Of a stretch of DNA of 64,000 nt, positions 26,599 to 36,180 are shown piece after piece. The stretch is from Minisyncoccia bacterium (lineage in GTDB: Bacteria; Patescibacteriota; Minisyncoccia; JACQLN01), in NCBI GenBank assembly GCA_049274895.1, contig JBASTM010000008.1:645-64644 (forward strand). The letters are read 5' to 3'. Numbering within the stretch: the first letter of the stretch is position 1; each line of letters begins with the position of its first letter. Both the position numbers and the translations under genes were made by a program. The notes beneath the pieces were generated by a model, which made no database searches, was not told the DNA's origin, and worked only from the letters and a program-made list of their open reading frames with translations.

Positions 26599-26940
26599 AT
26601 GGCTACAGCAACCAAGAAAGCAGCGGTAGAGGAAATCAAGCAAAGACTGCGGATCAAAATAAAAGCTTATGATTCCAAAATTATCGATGCTTCCTCGAAG
26701 CAGATAGTGGATATTGCTTTGCGCAACGGCGCCGAGGTGGTGGGGCCGGTGCCTCTGCCCACCGAGATTCATAAGTACACGGTCAACCGATCCACCTTCG
26801 TGCATAAGGATTCGCGGGAGCAGTTTGAGATGAGATCGCATAAAAGGTTGATTGATATTCTAAATCCCAACCCCAAGATTATAGACGCGCTGATGAACCT
26901 TAACCTGCCGGCCGGAGTGGATATAGAGATTAAGATGTAA
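26599..26940 (+). CDS. rpsJ: 30S ribosomal protein S10
   Basis: [13 protein letters not shown]…GPVPLPT signature. Confidence 0.9.
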   Translation: MATATKKAAVEEIKQRLRIKIKAYDSKIIDASSKQIVDIALRNGAEVVGPVPLPTEIHKYTVNRSTFVHKDSREQFEMRSHKRLIDILNPNPKIIDALMNLNLPAGVDIEIKM

Positions 26941-27152
26941 GGGCTTTGTCTAAAAATTTGTCCCGTACGATACGGGACAAATTTTTAGGAACAAAACCTT
27001 ACCCCGCCCTAATTCTGTTTGCGAACTGCGATTTTCCGTGAGCTCGAGCGAAGCGCTTCGCTCGAAATCATTGGAAGTATCAAGATCGTGGCTGGAATTA
27101 GGGCGGGGTTCTATATTTTACAACTATTCGCTTTGCTCACAGGTAAAATATG
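26938..27152 (+). repeat. Modular intergenic cassette, copy A (rpsJ to rplC)
   Basis: Starts TAAGGGCTTTGTCTAAAAA on the stop codon; hairpin CTAAAAATTTGTCCCGTAcgaTACGGGACAAATTTTTAG; long-range stem ACCCCGCCCTAATTC…GAATTAGGGCGGGGT; ends …CTATTCGCTTTGCTCACAGGTAAAATATG. Confidence 0.65.
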
Positions 27153-27560
27153 AAATACATCATCGGAGAAAAATTAGGTATGACGCAGTTGGTGGGCGAA
27201 AAGGGCGAAATCATCCCGGTGACTTTGATTGGAGCCGAAACCGATTTCTCCCCGGGAGATTTAGTCAAAGTCAGCGCCCGTTCCACCGGCAAGGGTTTTC
27301 AGGGGGTGGTCAAAAGACATGGCTTTCACGGCAGTCCGGCTTCGCACGGCCACCACGCCGTGTTGCGCCGCCCCGGGTCCATTGGCGGGCGGTTTCCCCA
27401 GAGAGTTTTGAAAGGCAAAAGAATGGGCGGCCGTACCGGGGGCCAGAGAGTCACCGTCAAAAACTTGAAGGTGATCAGGGTAGATGCGGCCCTTAAGGTC
27501 ATTGCGGTTAGAGGAGCAATACCCGGGAAGAAAGGGACGAGGGTGGAAATCCGGACATGA
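27150..27560 (+). CDS. rplC: 50S ribosomal protein L3 (short form)
   Basis: N-terminus MKYIIGEKLGMTQL… matches the L3 start; only 136 aa. Confidence 0.8.
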   Translation: MKYIIGEKLGMTQLVGEKGEIIPVTLIGAETDFSPGDLVKVSARSTGKGFQGVVKRHGFHGSPASHGHHAVLRRPGSIGGRFPQRVLKGKRMGGRTGGQRVTVKNLKVIRVDAALKVIAVRGAIPGKKGTRVEIRT

Positions 27561-27621
27561 TATGCGAATAACGAATCTGCCCGAATATTACGAATAAAGA
27601 TTAAGATTCGCATACAAAATA

Positions 27622-28248
27622 ATGGAAACCAAAATATACAATCAAACGGGCGAGGAGGCGGGAACAGTGACGCTGTCCGAATCAGTTTTTGGTTTGCCTC
27701 AAAATTTGGATTTAGTGCATCAAATCAGAGTGGGCATGCTGGCCAATGCCCGGCGGCCGGTGGCCCACACCAAAAACAGGTCTGAGGTCAGGGGCGGCGG
27801 CAAAAAACCTTGGCGGCAGAAAGGCACTGGGCGGGCCCGGCACGGCTCGCGCCGCTCGCCTATCTGGAAGGGCGGGGGCGTTAGCCACGGACCGCGTAAG
27901 GAAAAAAATTATTCCCAAAAAATAAATTCGGCTATGGCCCGCAAGGCCCTGGGCACCGTTTTGAGTTCTAAATTTAAATCCGGCGAGGTCAGGGTGATAG
28001 AGGATTTTAGCTGGGATGGCATCAGCACCAAAAAGTTTGCCGCTTGGGCCAATAAAGCCGCCGGGGGCGATTTTAGAAGCTTGCTTATAGTGCTGGATCA
28101 CGGCGATGTTAATCTGGTTAAGTCCAGTCGGAATTTGGGTAATGTTGAAATCAAAACCGTTGGTAATTTGAACGTTTTGGATGCTCTTAAGTTTAAGAAA
28201 ATAATTTTTACCAAATCGGCTTTGAAAACCTTAGCTAGTAAAAAATAA
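27622..28248 (+). CDS. rplD: 50S ribosomal protein L4
   Basis: S10-operon position after L3; L4-like GGGKKPWRQKGTGRAR motif. Confidence 0.85.
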   Translation: METKIYNQTGEEAGTVTLSESVFGLPQNLDLVHQIRVGMLANARRPVAHTKNRSEVRGGGKKPWRQKGTGRARHGSRRSPIWKGGGVSHGPRKEKNYSQKINSAMARKALGTVLSSKFKSGEVRVIEDFSWDGISTKKFAAWANKAAGGDFRSLLIVLDHGDVNLVKSSRNLGNVEIKTVGNLNVLDALKFKKIIFTKSALKTLASKK

Positions 28249-28249
28249 T

Positions 28250-28657
28250 ATGTTTGGATTGAAAAAAGAAAAGAAAAGCCCCGCACCAGAGCGAAGCTCG
28301 GTGCGGGGTGAGAGTCTCCGACAGGTAAAAGCCGTCGGAACGTCTGATCAGGTTGTCAAAAATCTGTCTCGGGTGGCGGCCGGGTCAGTTTTGGTGAGGC
28401 CGGTAGTTTCAGAAAAGGCCTTAGGCGGAGAGGGCGGCGGTAAATATATGTTTAGAGTTCGGGGCGAGGCCACCAAACCGGAGGTGAAGAAAGAAATTGA
28501 AAAACTGTATCGGGTTAAGGTTACTAAAATCAATATGATAACGGTTCAACCCCGGCCCGTTTTTTTTAGAGGCCGGACCAACTACCGGTCGGGTTTTAAG
28601 AAAACTGTGGTTAAATTAGCCGCCGGGCAAAAAATAGAAGTGCTGCCTAAGCAATAA
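28250..28657 (+). CDS. rplW: 50S ribosomal protein L23 (with N-terminal extension)
   Basis: Position between L4 and L2; core …KYMFRVRGEATKPEVKKEIEKLYRVKV. Confidence 0.75.
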   Translation: MFGLKKEKKSPAPERSSVRGESLRQVKAVGTSDQVVKNLSRVAAGSVLVRPVVSEKALGGEGGGKYMFRVRGEATKPEVKKEIEKLYRVKVTKINMITVQPRPVFFRGRTNYRSGFKKTVVKLAAGQKIEVLPKQ

Positions 28658-28662
28658 TTATT

Positions 28663-29493
28663 ATGAAGTTCTATCGTCCTACATCACCCTCTAGGCGCGG
28701 CATGAGCGGTATTGAATACCGTAAATTTATTACTGCCCGGGAGCCGTTAAAATCTTTGGTAACGAGGCTAAAAACCAAAAGCGGCCGCAACAATTCCGGC
28801 CGGATAACCGTGCGGCATCAAGGCGGCGGCGTTAAGAGAAACTATCGCCTGGTTGATTTTAAGCAATCGGGTTCGGCCCAAACAGCCACAGTGGAAACAA
28901 TTGAATATGATCCTTACCGGACTGCTTTTATTGCGCGGCTGCTCTATAAAAATGGGAAGAGAGGCTATATTCTGGCGCCCCAAGGTCTTAAGGTGGGTGA
29001 TGAAGTTATGTCACACCGAGACAATCCCATTGCTTTGAATACGGGCCACCGCACACAATTGAAGAATATACCCGTGGGTACTTTTGTTCACAATGTGGAG
29101 TTGAGACCCGGCCACGGCGGCCAGTTGGGCCGGGCCGCCGGCACCTCGGTTAAGATTATGGCCCGGGAGGGCGGCTATGTTAACCTGGGGTTGCCTAGCG
29201 GTGAGGTCAGAAAAGTCCAGGAAACATGCTTTGGTTCCGTGGGCGCCGTTTCTAACCCGGAAAACGCGATGGTGACCGTGGGTAAAGCCGGTCGGTCGCG
29301 TCACATGGGTGTGAGGCCGACGGTGCGCGGTACGGCCATGAATCCGGTGGATCACCCCCACGGCGGCGGCGAGGGTAAACAGCCCCGGGGTCTTAGGCGA
29401 CCCAAAAATGCTTGGGGCAAGGGCACCCGAGGCGTCAAAACCAGAAGCAGAAAAAATCGTTCCAATATATTTATAGTTCAAAGGAGAAAATAA
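28663..29493 (+). CDS. rplB: 50S ribosomal protein L2
   Basis: …GRNNSGRITVRHQGGG… and …HPHGGGEGK… signatures. Confidence 0.9.
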   Translation: MKFYRPTSPSRRGMSGIEYRKFITAREPLKSLVTRLKTKSGRNNSGRITVRHQGGGVKRNYRLVDFKQSGSAQTATVETIEYDPYRTAFIARLLYKNGKRGYILAPQGLKVGDEVMSHRDNPIALNTGHRTQLKNIPVGTFVHNVELRPGHGGQLGRAAGTSVKIMAREGGYVNLGLPSGEVRKVQETCFGSVGAVSNPENAMVTVGKAGRSRHMGVRPTVRGTAMNPVDHPHGGGEGKQPRGLRRPKNAWGKGTRGVKTRSRKNRSNIFIVQRRK

Positions 29494-29703
29494 GGGCTTT
29501 ACCCAAGAGCGGAGCGATTGGTTGTAAAACCTTACCCAGCACATAAATCAACGAGTCATGACAATAAAATATATAAAATCAAAATCAATAAAAGGTCAGT
29601 ATGCAAACAAAACCACACCCAGTGGATTTATGTGCTGGGTGCTCACTTTTATAACTAAATTTTATACGCTAAGCAGCTCTAAAATTTAGACAAAACTGGC
29701 ATG
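29491..29703 (+). repeat. Modular intergenic cassette, copy B (rplB to rpsS)
   Basis: Starts TAAGGGCTTTACCCAAGAGCGGAGCGATTGG; hairpin CCCAGCACATAAATC…GATTTATGTGCTGGG; ends GTGCTCACTTTTATAACT…TTTAGACAAAACTGGCATG. Confidence 0.6.
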
Positions 29704-30051
29704 GCGCGAAGTTTAAAAAAAGGTCCGTTTGTGGACGAAAAATTATTGCGTAAGCTAAAAGCCCTGGGCCAGGGTTCCCGTGAGGTTATTAAAACTTGGT
29801 CACGGGCCTCGACCATTACTCCGGAGATGGTGGGTTTTACCCTGGGCGTTCATAACGGTAAAATCCATGTACCGGTGACGGTGAGCGAGGAAATGGTCGG
29901 CCACAAGCTGGGCGAGTTTTCTTTGACGCGCAAGTTCGTGCGCCATGGCGGCAAGATGCAGCGCGAACTGGAAGCCGCACAAAAAACCGCCGAACTAGCC
30001 AAAACAGAAGCCGAAAAAACGGCGGCGCCGGCTCCAGCCAAGAAACCATGA
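29701..30051 (+). CDS. rpsS: 30S ribosomal protein S19 (with C-terminal extension)
   Basis: [16 protein letters not shown]… is the canonical S19 start. Confidence 0.9.
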   Translation: MARSLKKGPFVDEKLLRKLKALGQGSREVIKTWSRASTITPEMVGFTLGVHNGKIHVPVTVSEEMVGHKLGEFSLTRKFVRHGGKMQRELEAAQKTAELAKTEAEKTAAPAPAKKP

Positions 30052-30557
30052 AAGTTGTAGCCAAACTAAATTATCTTCATATCAGCCCCAGAAAAGTGAG
30101 AGCGGTGGCGGGTGTGGTTAAAGGTCTTAGAGCCGAGGCCGCGTTGGCGCAACTTAAATTTGTCCCCAATCGAGCGGCCGCGCCTTTATTTAAGTTGATA
30201 AAGTCGGCCATAGCCGACGCCGAAAATAATTTTTCTTTGGAACCGAGCAGTTTAAGAATTGCCGAACTTAAGGTTGATGGCGGCCCGGTGTTCAAAAGGT
30301 TCCGGCCGGGTTCCAAGGGCCGGGCCGCGCCGTTAAAGAAAAGAACAGCGCACGTGAAATTGGTTTTGGAAGGCGAGAGGACCGCGAGTCCCCAGGCGAG
30401 AAAGGCCGCAGAGAAAATTGAGTTTGAGGTTGCTCCGGACAAAGCGGCCGTCAAGCCGCGAGAGGAGGAGCATCGGCGGGATACTTTCCAGGCCCGACGT
30501 GTTCCGGTAAAAAAGACGGGGTTCGTTAAAAGAATGTTTCAACGCAAATCAATTTAA
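30048..30557 (+). CDS. rplV: 50S ribosomal protein L22 (with basic C-terminal extension)
   Basis: …[18 protein letters not shown]… L22 core. Confidence 0.85.
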   Translation: MKVVAKLNYLHISPRKVRAVAGVVKGLRAEAALAQLKFVPNRAAAPLFKLIKSAIADAENNFSLEPSSLRIAELKVDGGPVFKRFRPGSKGRAAPLKKRTAHVKLVLEGERTASPQARKAAEKIEFEVAPDKAAVKPREEEHRRDTFQARRVPVKKTGFVKRMFQRKSI

Positions 30558-31240
30558 TGGCTCACAAGATCAACCCCATAGCTTTCCGGCTCGGCATACA
30601 AAAAGATTGGAAGTCGCGCTGGTTTAACACCAAAAACTTCAAAAATTATTTGGAGGAAGATTTTGCCATCAGAAGTTGGCTGGAAAAGAAACTGGCCAAG
30701 GCTTCTTTGGAGAGCGTGGAGATAGTGAGGTCGGGCAGCTCCATTGGGGTGGTAATGAAATCGTCCCGTCCTGGTCTTATCATTGGCCGGGGCGGCAAGG
30801 GTTTGGAAGAACTTCAGCAGGGCCTCAAGCGCGAGTTGGGTAAAATTTACGCGGCTAGAAAGTCTAAATTAAATCACTCCCTTAAATTAGAAATAGAAGA
30901 AATAAAAAAACCGGAAAGCTATGCTAGGTTGGTAGCCAAGAACATAGCCGAACAGTTGGAAAAAAGAATTCCGCATCGCCGGGCTATGAAACAGATGATT
31001 GAGAAGGTTTCCGGAGAGGGCGGTATTAAGGGTGTAAAAATAAAAGTGGCCGGCCGGCTGGGCGGCGCCGAAATTGCCCGGCGGGAACAATTGGCCAAAG
31101 GCAAAATTCCGCTTCAGAGTTTAAGGGCGGATATAGACTATGCCCAAGCCGAAGCCCATACCACTTACGGCGTTATCGGTGTTAAAGTCTGGCTGTATAA
31201 AGGAGATGTTTTTTCCGATACTGCCCGCGAACAAAAGTGA
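30557..31240 (+). CDS. rpsC: 30S ribosomal protein S3
   Basis: [14 protein letters not shown]… start and KH domain. Confidence 0.9.
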   Translation: MAHKINPIAFRLGIQKDWKSRWFNTKNFKNYLEEDFAIRSWLEKKLAKASLESVEIVRSGSSIGVVMKSSRPGLIIGRGGKGLEELQQGLKRELGKIYAARKSKLNHSLKLEIEEIKKPESYARLVAKNIAEQLEKRIPHRRAMKQMIEKVSGEGGIKGVKIKVAGRLGGAEIARREQLAKGKIPLQSLRADIDYAQAEAHTTYGVIGVKVWLYKGDVFSDTAREQK

Positions 31241-31294
31241 GCGGGGTGCTCAATTTAATAGCTATTCGCTTCGCTCATAGATAAAATTGGCATG
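31238..31294 (+). repeat. Modular intergenic cassette, copy C (minimal; rpsC to rplP)
   Basis: TGAGCGGGGTGCTCAATTTAATAGCTATTCGCTTCGCTCATAGATAAAATTGGCATG — only the conserved 3' module. Confidence 0.65.
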
Positions 31295-31705
31295 CTATTA
31301 CCCAAAAGAGTAAAACACAGAAAATGGCACAAAGGCCACAACCGCGGTTTGGCCAGTCGCGGCAATAAACTTAATTTTGGCGCCTGGGGTCTTAAATCTT
31401 TGGAGACCTGCTGGCTTAGTTCGCGCCAGATTGAAGCGGCCCGCCGGGCGATGACTCATTTTGTTCAAAGAGGCGGTAAGATTTGGATCCGTGTTTTTCC
31501 TGATAAACCAGTCACCAAAAAGGGAGCCGAGGTGGGCATGGGCGGCGGCAAGGGCGCGGTGGATCACTTTGTTTTTCCGTTAAAGCCCGGCCGCGTTATT
31601 TTTGAAATGGATGGCGTCAGCCAAGAAACGGCCGAAGAGGCCTTGCGCCTGGCGGCCCACAAATTGCCGGTTAAAACTAAGATAATAAGTGCTAGCAATG
31701 ATTAA
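31292..31705 (+). CDS. rplP: 50S ribosomal protein L16
   Basis: [11 protein letters not shown]… L16 start. Confidence 0.9.
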   Translation: MLLPKRVKHRKWHKGHNRGLASRGNKLNFGAWGLKSLETCWLSSRQIEAARRAMTHFVQRGGKIWIRVFPDKPVTKKGAEVGMGGGKGAVDHFVFPLKPGRVIFEMDGVSQETAEEALRLAAHKLPVKTKIISASND

Positions 31706-31886
31706 AGCTAAAGATTTAAGATCCAGGGCCAAAGAGGATTTAGAGAAAATGCTCCAAGGCGAGCGGTCGAAGCTGAGAGAGCTTAATTTTAAGTTGTCCG
31801 GCGCCCGGCTTAAGAACGTAAGTGAGTTCGGTAAAACCAAACATATGATAGCGGTCTTGTTGACCATTATAAAGGAAAAAGAATAA
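31689..31886 (+). CDS. rpmC: 50S ribosomal protein L29
   Basis: Small coiled-coil protein between L16 and S17. Confidence 0.75.
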   Translation: MLAMIKAKDLRSRAKEDLEKMLQGERSKLRELNFKLSGARLKNVSEFGKTKHMIAVLLTIIKEKE

Positions 31887-31890
31887 TATC

Positions 31891-32172
31891 ATGTCCAAAA
31901 GAATACTAAGGGGTCGGGTAGTAAGCGTTAAAATGAAAAAGACCGCGGTGGTTGAAGTGATATCTTTGAAAACCCATCCTAAATACAGGAAAAAAATAAA
32001 ATCCACCAAAAAGTATAAGGCCCATCACGAGGACCTGGTTTTGGGTGTGGGTGACGTAGTGACCATAGAAGAATCTCGCCCGATTTCTAAAGATAAACAT
32101 TGGGTCATCAAAACAATTTTATCTTCTCCGAAGACAGTCTCCCTAGATTCGGAGGTAACACAACTAAAATGA
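31891..32172 (+). CDS. rpsQ: 30S ribosomal protein S17
   Basis: …[16 protein letters not shown]… OB-fold S17. Confidence 0.85.
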   Translation: MSKRILRGRVVSVKMKKTAVVEVISLKTHPKYRKKIKSTKKYKAHHEDLVLGVGDVVTIEESRPISKDKHWVIKTILSSPKTVSLDSEVTQLK

Positions 32173-32534
32173 TTCAATTGCGTTCAATGTTAAAAGTTGC
32201 CGATAACAGCGGGGCCAAATTGGTCCAGTGTATTAAAGTTTTGGGCGGAACCAGGCGGCGCTATGCCCGGGTGGGCGATATTATTGTTGTTTCGGTTAAG
32301 GCAGCCGAACCCAGAAAAACAGTTAAAAGAAAAGAGGTAGCGAGAGCAGTTATCGTCAGGCAGAGAAAAGAATACCGCCGGCAGGATGGAACGTCGTTGA
32401 GGTTCAGCGACAACGCGGTGGTTATGGTAGACGGCAAAGAGCCGCGCGGCGGGCGCATTTTTGGGCCTATCCCCAGGGAGCTTAAGGAGAAAGGCTTTGA
32501 TAAGATAATTTCTTTGGCTGAAGAAGTGGTATAA
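32169..32534 (+). CDS. rplN: 50S ribosomal protein L14
   Basis: [17 protein letters not shown]…; start chosen at the conserved L14 N-terminus rather than the ORF-track start at 32100. Confidence 0.85.
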   Translation: MIQLRSMLKVADNSGAKLVQCIKVLGGTRRRYARVGDIIVVSVKAAEPRKTVKRKEVARAVIVRQRKEYRRQDGTSLRFSDNAVVMVDGKEPRGGRIFGPIPRELKEKGFDKIISLAEEVV

Positions 32535-32680
32535 GGGCTTTGTCTAAAAAATGGAACGAAGTGGACATTTTTTAGCTACAAAACCTTATCCTGAACGTAG
32601 TGAAGGATTACCCCTCGGTTTTTACCTCGGGGTGCTCAATTTAATAGCTATTCGCTTCGCTCATAGATAAAATTGGCATG
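32532..32680 (+). repeat. Modular intergenic cassette, copy D (rplN to rplX)
   Basis: TAAGGGCTTTGTCTAAAAAATGGAACGAAGTGGACATTTTTTAG hairpin … AAAACCTTA … GGGGTGCTCAATTTAATAGCTATTCGCTTCGCTCATAGATAAAATTGGCATG. Confidence 0.65.
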
Positions 32681-32983
32681 AAGATCAAAAAAGGAGACGA
32701 GATTAAAATAATCACTGGCAAGGATAAAGGCAAGACCGGCCGGGTTACCAGAGTTTTTCCCCAAGACAACAGCGTTTTGGTGGAGGGCTTGAATTTGTTC
32801 AAAAAGCATATGAGGCCCCGCCAGCAAGGTAAAAAAGGGGAAGTTATTTTGGTGCCCAAACCGGTGGATGTTTCGGCCGTCAGATTAGTTTGTCCTAAGT
32901 GCCGTAAAACAGGCCGGGTCGGGTATGATCTTTCTTCCGGCAGGAAGGCACGCATTTGCAAAAAATGCTTACAAACGGTATAA
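32678..32983 (+). CDS. rplX: 50S ribosomal protein L24
   Basis: MKIKKGDEIKIITGKDKGK… KOW domain. Confidence 0.9.
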   Translation: MKIKKGDEIKIITGKDKGKTGRVTRVFPQDNSVLVEGLNLFKKHMRPRQQGKKGEVILVPKPVDVSAVRLVCPKCRKTGRVGYDLSSGRKARICKKCLQTV

Positions 32984-32997
32984 CTAAGCCCTAGGTT

Positions 32998-33552
32998 ATG
33001 ACCAATCTAAAGGAAAGAATAAATCAAGAATCAAAACAATTGCAGCATAAACTGGGTGTTAAGAACAGCCTGGCTTGGCCGCGTTTGGAGGCGGTAGTAA
33101 TCAACATTGGCTTGGGTCGAGCGGTAACGGCCAGTGCCAAACCGGACGAAGTGATTAAAAAGGTTTCAGCTGAAATTGCAGCCATAACCGGCCAAAGACC
33201 CGTGGCCACTGTGGCCAAAAAAGCCATCGCTTCGTTTAAGACGAGACAAGGTATGGCCATTGGACTTAAAACCACCCTGCACGGCCAAAGAATGTATGAT
33301 TTTTTGGAAAAATTCATTAATGTTGCCTTACCCCGGACCCGAGATTTTAGGGGTCTTAAAGTAAGTTCCGTTGACGATCATGGTAACTTAAACGTGGGCA
33401 TTAAAGATCATACTATCTTCCCGGAATCTTCGGCTGATGCGGCCCATTCTTTTGGTTTGGAATTTACCGCAGTAGTAACAGGATCCGACAGAAATAAAAG
33501 TTTGGAATTTTTTAAGATCTTAGGTTTCCCGTTTGAAAAAAAGAGCCAGTAA
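32998..33552 (+). CDS. rplE: 50S ribosomal protein L5
   Basis: Position in the spc operon; L5-like core. Confidence 0.85.
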   Translation: MTNLKERINQESKQLQHKLGVKNSLAWPRLEAVVINIGLGRAVTASAKPDEVIKKVSAEIAAITGQRPVATVAKKAIASFKTRQGMAIGLKTTLHGQRMYDFLEKFINVALPRTRDFRGLKVSSVDDHGNLNVGIKDHTIFPESSADAAHSFGLEFTAVVTGSDRNKSLEFFKILGFPFEKKSQ

Positions 33553-33557
33553 AAATC

Positions 33558-33743
33558 ATGTCTAAAATATCCGTTATAGCCCGAGCCAAAAAAACCCCGA
33601 AATTTTCCAGCCGCAAAGTTAACCGTTGTTGGAAATGCGGCCGCAAGAGAGCTTATATGAGAATTTTTGGGTTGTGTCGGATTTGTTTTAGAGAGTTAGC
33701 CAATAAAGGAGAGATACCCGGAATTAAAAAATCGTCGTGGTAA
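33558..33743 (+). CDS. rpsN: 30S ribosomal protein S14 type Z (zinc-binding)
   Basis: 61 aa with [10 protein letters not shown]…CRIC cysteine pairs. Confidence 0.85.
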   Translation: MSKISVIARAKKTPKFSSRKVNRCWKCGRKRAYMRIFGLCRICFRELANKGEIPGIKKSSW

Positions 33744-33749
33744 TAAAAA

Positions 33750-34139
33750 ATGACTGACCCGATATCGGACATGCTAACCAGAATAAGAAACGCCCAAACT
33801 GTTAAAAAAGAAACAGTTGTTATTCCTTTTTCCAAAACCAAGCAGGAACTGGCGCGGGTGCTTAAAGAGGTTGGTTTTATTTTAGATTTCGAAAAAAAGG
33901 GGCGCGCTGTTTCCGGCAGGAAATTGGAGCTGAAGCTTAAATATATTAATTCCTTTCCGGCGATAACCACTATAAAGAGAATATCCAAACCTGGCCAGAG
34001 GATATATATCAAGCATAATAAAATCTTTCCCCGAGGGTCGGGTTTTTTGAGGGTTATTTCCACCTCTCGCGGTTTGGTGTCCGATAGCCAAGCTTATAAA
34101 CAAAAATTGGGCGGCGAGGTTTTGTGTGAAATATCCTAG
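33750..34139 (+). CDS. rpsH: 30S ribosomal protein S8
   Basis: MTDPISDMLTRIRNA… S8 start. Confidence 0.9.
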   Translation: MTDPISDMLTRIRNAQTVKKETVVIPFSKTKQELARVLKEVGFILDFEKKGRAVSGRKLELKLKYINSFPAITTIKRISKPGQRIYIKHNKIFPRGSGFLRVISTSRGLVSDSQAYKQKLGGEVLCEIS

Positions 34140-34185
34140 TGCGACACCAATACACGAATGCACGCGAATGACGCTAATAAAAAAT

Positions 34186-34734
34186 ATGTCTAGAATAGGA
34201 AAGAAAATTATAACTTTGCCGGAAAAAGTCTCTGTGGAAACCAGAGATAGTTGGGTGGTGGTCAAAGGCCCCCGAGGGGAACTTTCTTTTAAGTTGCCTC
34301 AAGGATTAAAAATTTCTAACGAGAGCGCCAAGGTGAGCATAGAGGTTTTGGATAAATCAGCCGACCGCAATAATGCCTTATGGGGTACAGCCAGGTCTAT
34401 TATTGACAGTATGATTAAGGGCGTGGTAGATGGTTATGAAAAGAAGCTGGAGATTGAAGGCGTTGGTTTTAAGGCGCAAGCGCAGGGCGATAAACTGATT
34501 TTGAATATTGGTTTCTCGCATCCGGTGGAGGTTAAAGCTCCACCGGGCATAGTGTTTAAGGTGGAAAAAAATACCATTGTGGTGGCAGGCATAGATAAAT
34601 TTTTGGTGGGTGAAGTGGCAGCCACTGTGAGGCGGATGAAAAAGCCGGAGCCGTACAAGGGCAAGGGCATACGTTATCTGGGTGAGGTTATACGCCGCAA
34701 AGCCGGCAAAAAAGCCACTACCACCGGAGCTTAA
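34186..34734 (+). CDS. rplF: 50S ribosomal protein L6
   Basis: MSRIGKKIITLP… conserved L6 start (the ORF-track N-extension was trimmed). Confidence 0.85.
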   Translation: MSRIGKKIITLPEKVSVETRDSWVVVKGPRGELSFKLPQGLKISNESAKVSIEVLDKSADRNNALWGTARSIIDSMIKGVVDGYEKKLEIEGVGFKAQAQGDKLILNIGFSHPVEVKAPPGIVFKVEKNTIVVAGIDKFLVGEVAATVRRMKKPEPYKGKGIRYLGEVIRRKAGKKATTTGA

Positions 34735-34763
34735 CGGTACAGCTTGGCAGCGCAAAAATATAT

Positions 34764-35150
34764 ATGAAAAACAGGAAAGAACAAAAAATGAGACGCCATC
34801 GCCGGGTTAGAGCCAAGGTTCGAGGCACCAGCGCCCGTCCGCGGTTGGCTGTTTTTAGGTCAAACCGCCATATCTACGCCCAGCTGATAGATGACCAGGA
34901 TCAAAAAACATTGGCTCAGTCTAATGATATTTTTTTGGGTCTTAAAAAAGGCAAATCGCACGGCCAAGCCAGCGGCCCAAAGACTCTCCCGAATAGGGTT
35001 GATTTAGCTAAGAACGTCGGTCTGATTTTGGGTCAGGCGTTACTGGAAAAAGGTTTTAAGCAAATAGTTTTTGATCGGGGGGGCTATAAGTATCACGGCC
35101 GGGTCAAGGCCTTGGCCGAGGGCTTGAGAGCGGTCGGGGTTAAATTTTAG
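34764..35150 (+). CDS. rplR: 50S ribosomal protein L18
   Basis: …RLAVFRSNRHIYAQLIDD… and …DRGGYKYHGRVKALAEG…. Confidence 0.85.
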   Translation: MKNRKEQKMRRHRRVRAKVRGTSARPRLAVFRSNRHIYAQLIDDQDQKTLAQSNDIFLGLKKGKSHGQASGPKTLPNRVDLAKNVGLILGQALLEKGFKQIVFDRGGYKYHGRVKALAEGLRAVGVKF

Positions 35151-35162
35151 TTTCATATCATC

Positions 35163-35672
35163 ATGGCAGAATTTACATATAATCAAAGAAGGTCTTCGGG
35201 TGGGCGATCGCAATTCAGGGAGAAAAAGGACAAGGATTTTGAGGAGAAAGTTTTGGAACTGGCCCGGGTGACTAGGGTGGTAGCCGGGGGTAAGCGTTTT
35301 AGATTTAGAGCCACTGTGGCCATTGGTGACGGCAAAGGCCGGGTGGGTTTGGGTATTGGCAAAGGCGCTGATGTGGCTCAAGCGGTCCAAAAAGCTTCGT
35401 ATCGAGCCAGAAAAAATCTGGTGAATGTTCCCATAGTCAACGGCACCATACCTGCTGAAATCAAAGTTAAGTATAGCTCGGCGGTGGTGTATTTGAAACC
35501 AGCTCCGCCGGGCCGCGGCATCAATGCCGGCGGCGCCGTTAGGGTTATTTCCAGTTTGGCCGGCATCAAAGACATTATTGGCAAGATTTTGTCGCCTTCG
35601 GTCAATAAAATAAATATTGCCAGTGCCACCTTGGAAGCTTTCAAGATATTGGCGGCCAAGTCAAAAATATAG
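35163..35672 (+). CDS. rpsE: 30S ribosomal protein S5
   Basis: …LARVTRVVAGGKRFRFRATVAIGDGKGRVGLGIGK… S5 dsRBD. Confidence 0.9.
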   Translation: MAEFTYNQRRSSGGRSQFREKKDKDFEEKVLELARVTRVVAGGKRFRFRATVAIGDGKGRVGLGIGKGADVAQAVQKASYRARKNLVNVPIVNGTIPAEIKVKYSSAVVYLKPAPPGRGINAGGAVRVISSLAGIKDIIGKILSPSVNKINIASATLEAFKILAAKSKI

Positions 35673-35702
35673 GACCTATAAGTCTTATAGGACTTAATAT
35701 AT

Positions 35703-36146
35703 ATGGATCTGCACAATCTTAAACCAAAAACTAAAACCAAAAAAATAAAAAGAATCGGACGGGGCGGCAAACGCGGCACCACTTCCGGCCGCGGCACCAA
35801 GGGCCAAAAATCGCGCGCTGGCCGCAGAATCAGGCCGGCTATTAGGGATTTGATGATGAAGATCCCCAAAGCGCGGGGCTTTAGTTTTAAAAGTTTTAAG
35901 GGAGATTTTGTGGCTGTGGATTTGGCTGTGATTGAAGCCGGTTTTGGTCCGGGTGAAAAAGTTACGCCCCGAACCTTATTGGATCGCGGCTTGGTGTCTG
36001 TTAAGAAGGGATCTTTGCCTAAGATTAAAATCTTAGGCGCCGGCCGCCTCTCTAAAAAATTGATTTTTGAGAATCTGGCTGTCACCCAATCGGCTGCCCA
36101 AAAAATTCTAGCTTTGGGCGGCGAAGTGAGGCAACCGGTTAGATAA
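35703..36146 (+). CDS. rplO: 50S ribosomal protein L15 (no L30 gene between S5 and L15)
   Basis: …GRGGKRGTTSGRGTKGQKSR… L15 glycine-rich N-terminus; rpmD absent. Confidence 0.85.
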   Translation: MDLHNLKPKTKTKKIKRIGRGGKRGTTSGRGTKGQKSRAGRRIRPAIRDLMMKIPKARGFSFKSFKGDFVAVDLAVIEAGFGPGEKVTPRTLLDRGLVSVKKGSLPKIKILGAGRLSKKLIFENLAVTQSAAQKILALGGEVRQPVR

Positions 36147-36180
36147 GACCAATAAGTCCTATAGGTCCTATCAGATTTAT

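Noticed and set aside
35378-36085. 235-aa minus-strand ORF overlapping rpsE and rplO
   Set aside because: Antisense to conserved ribosomal protein genes.
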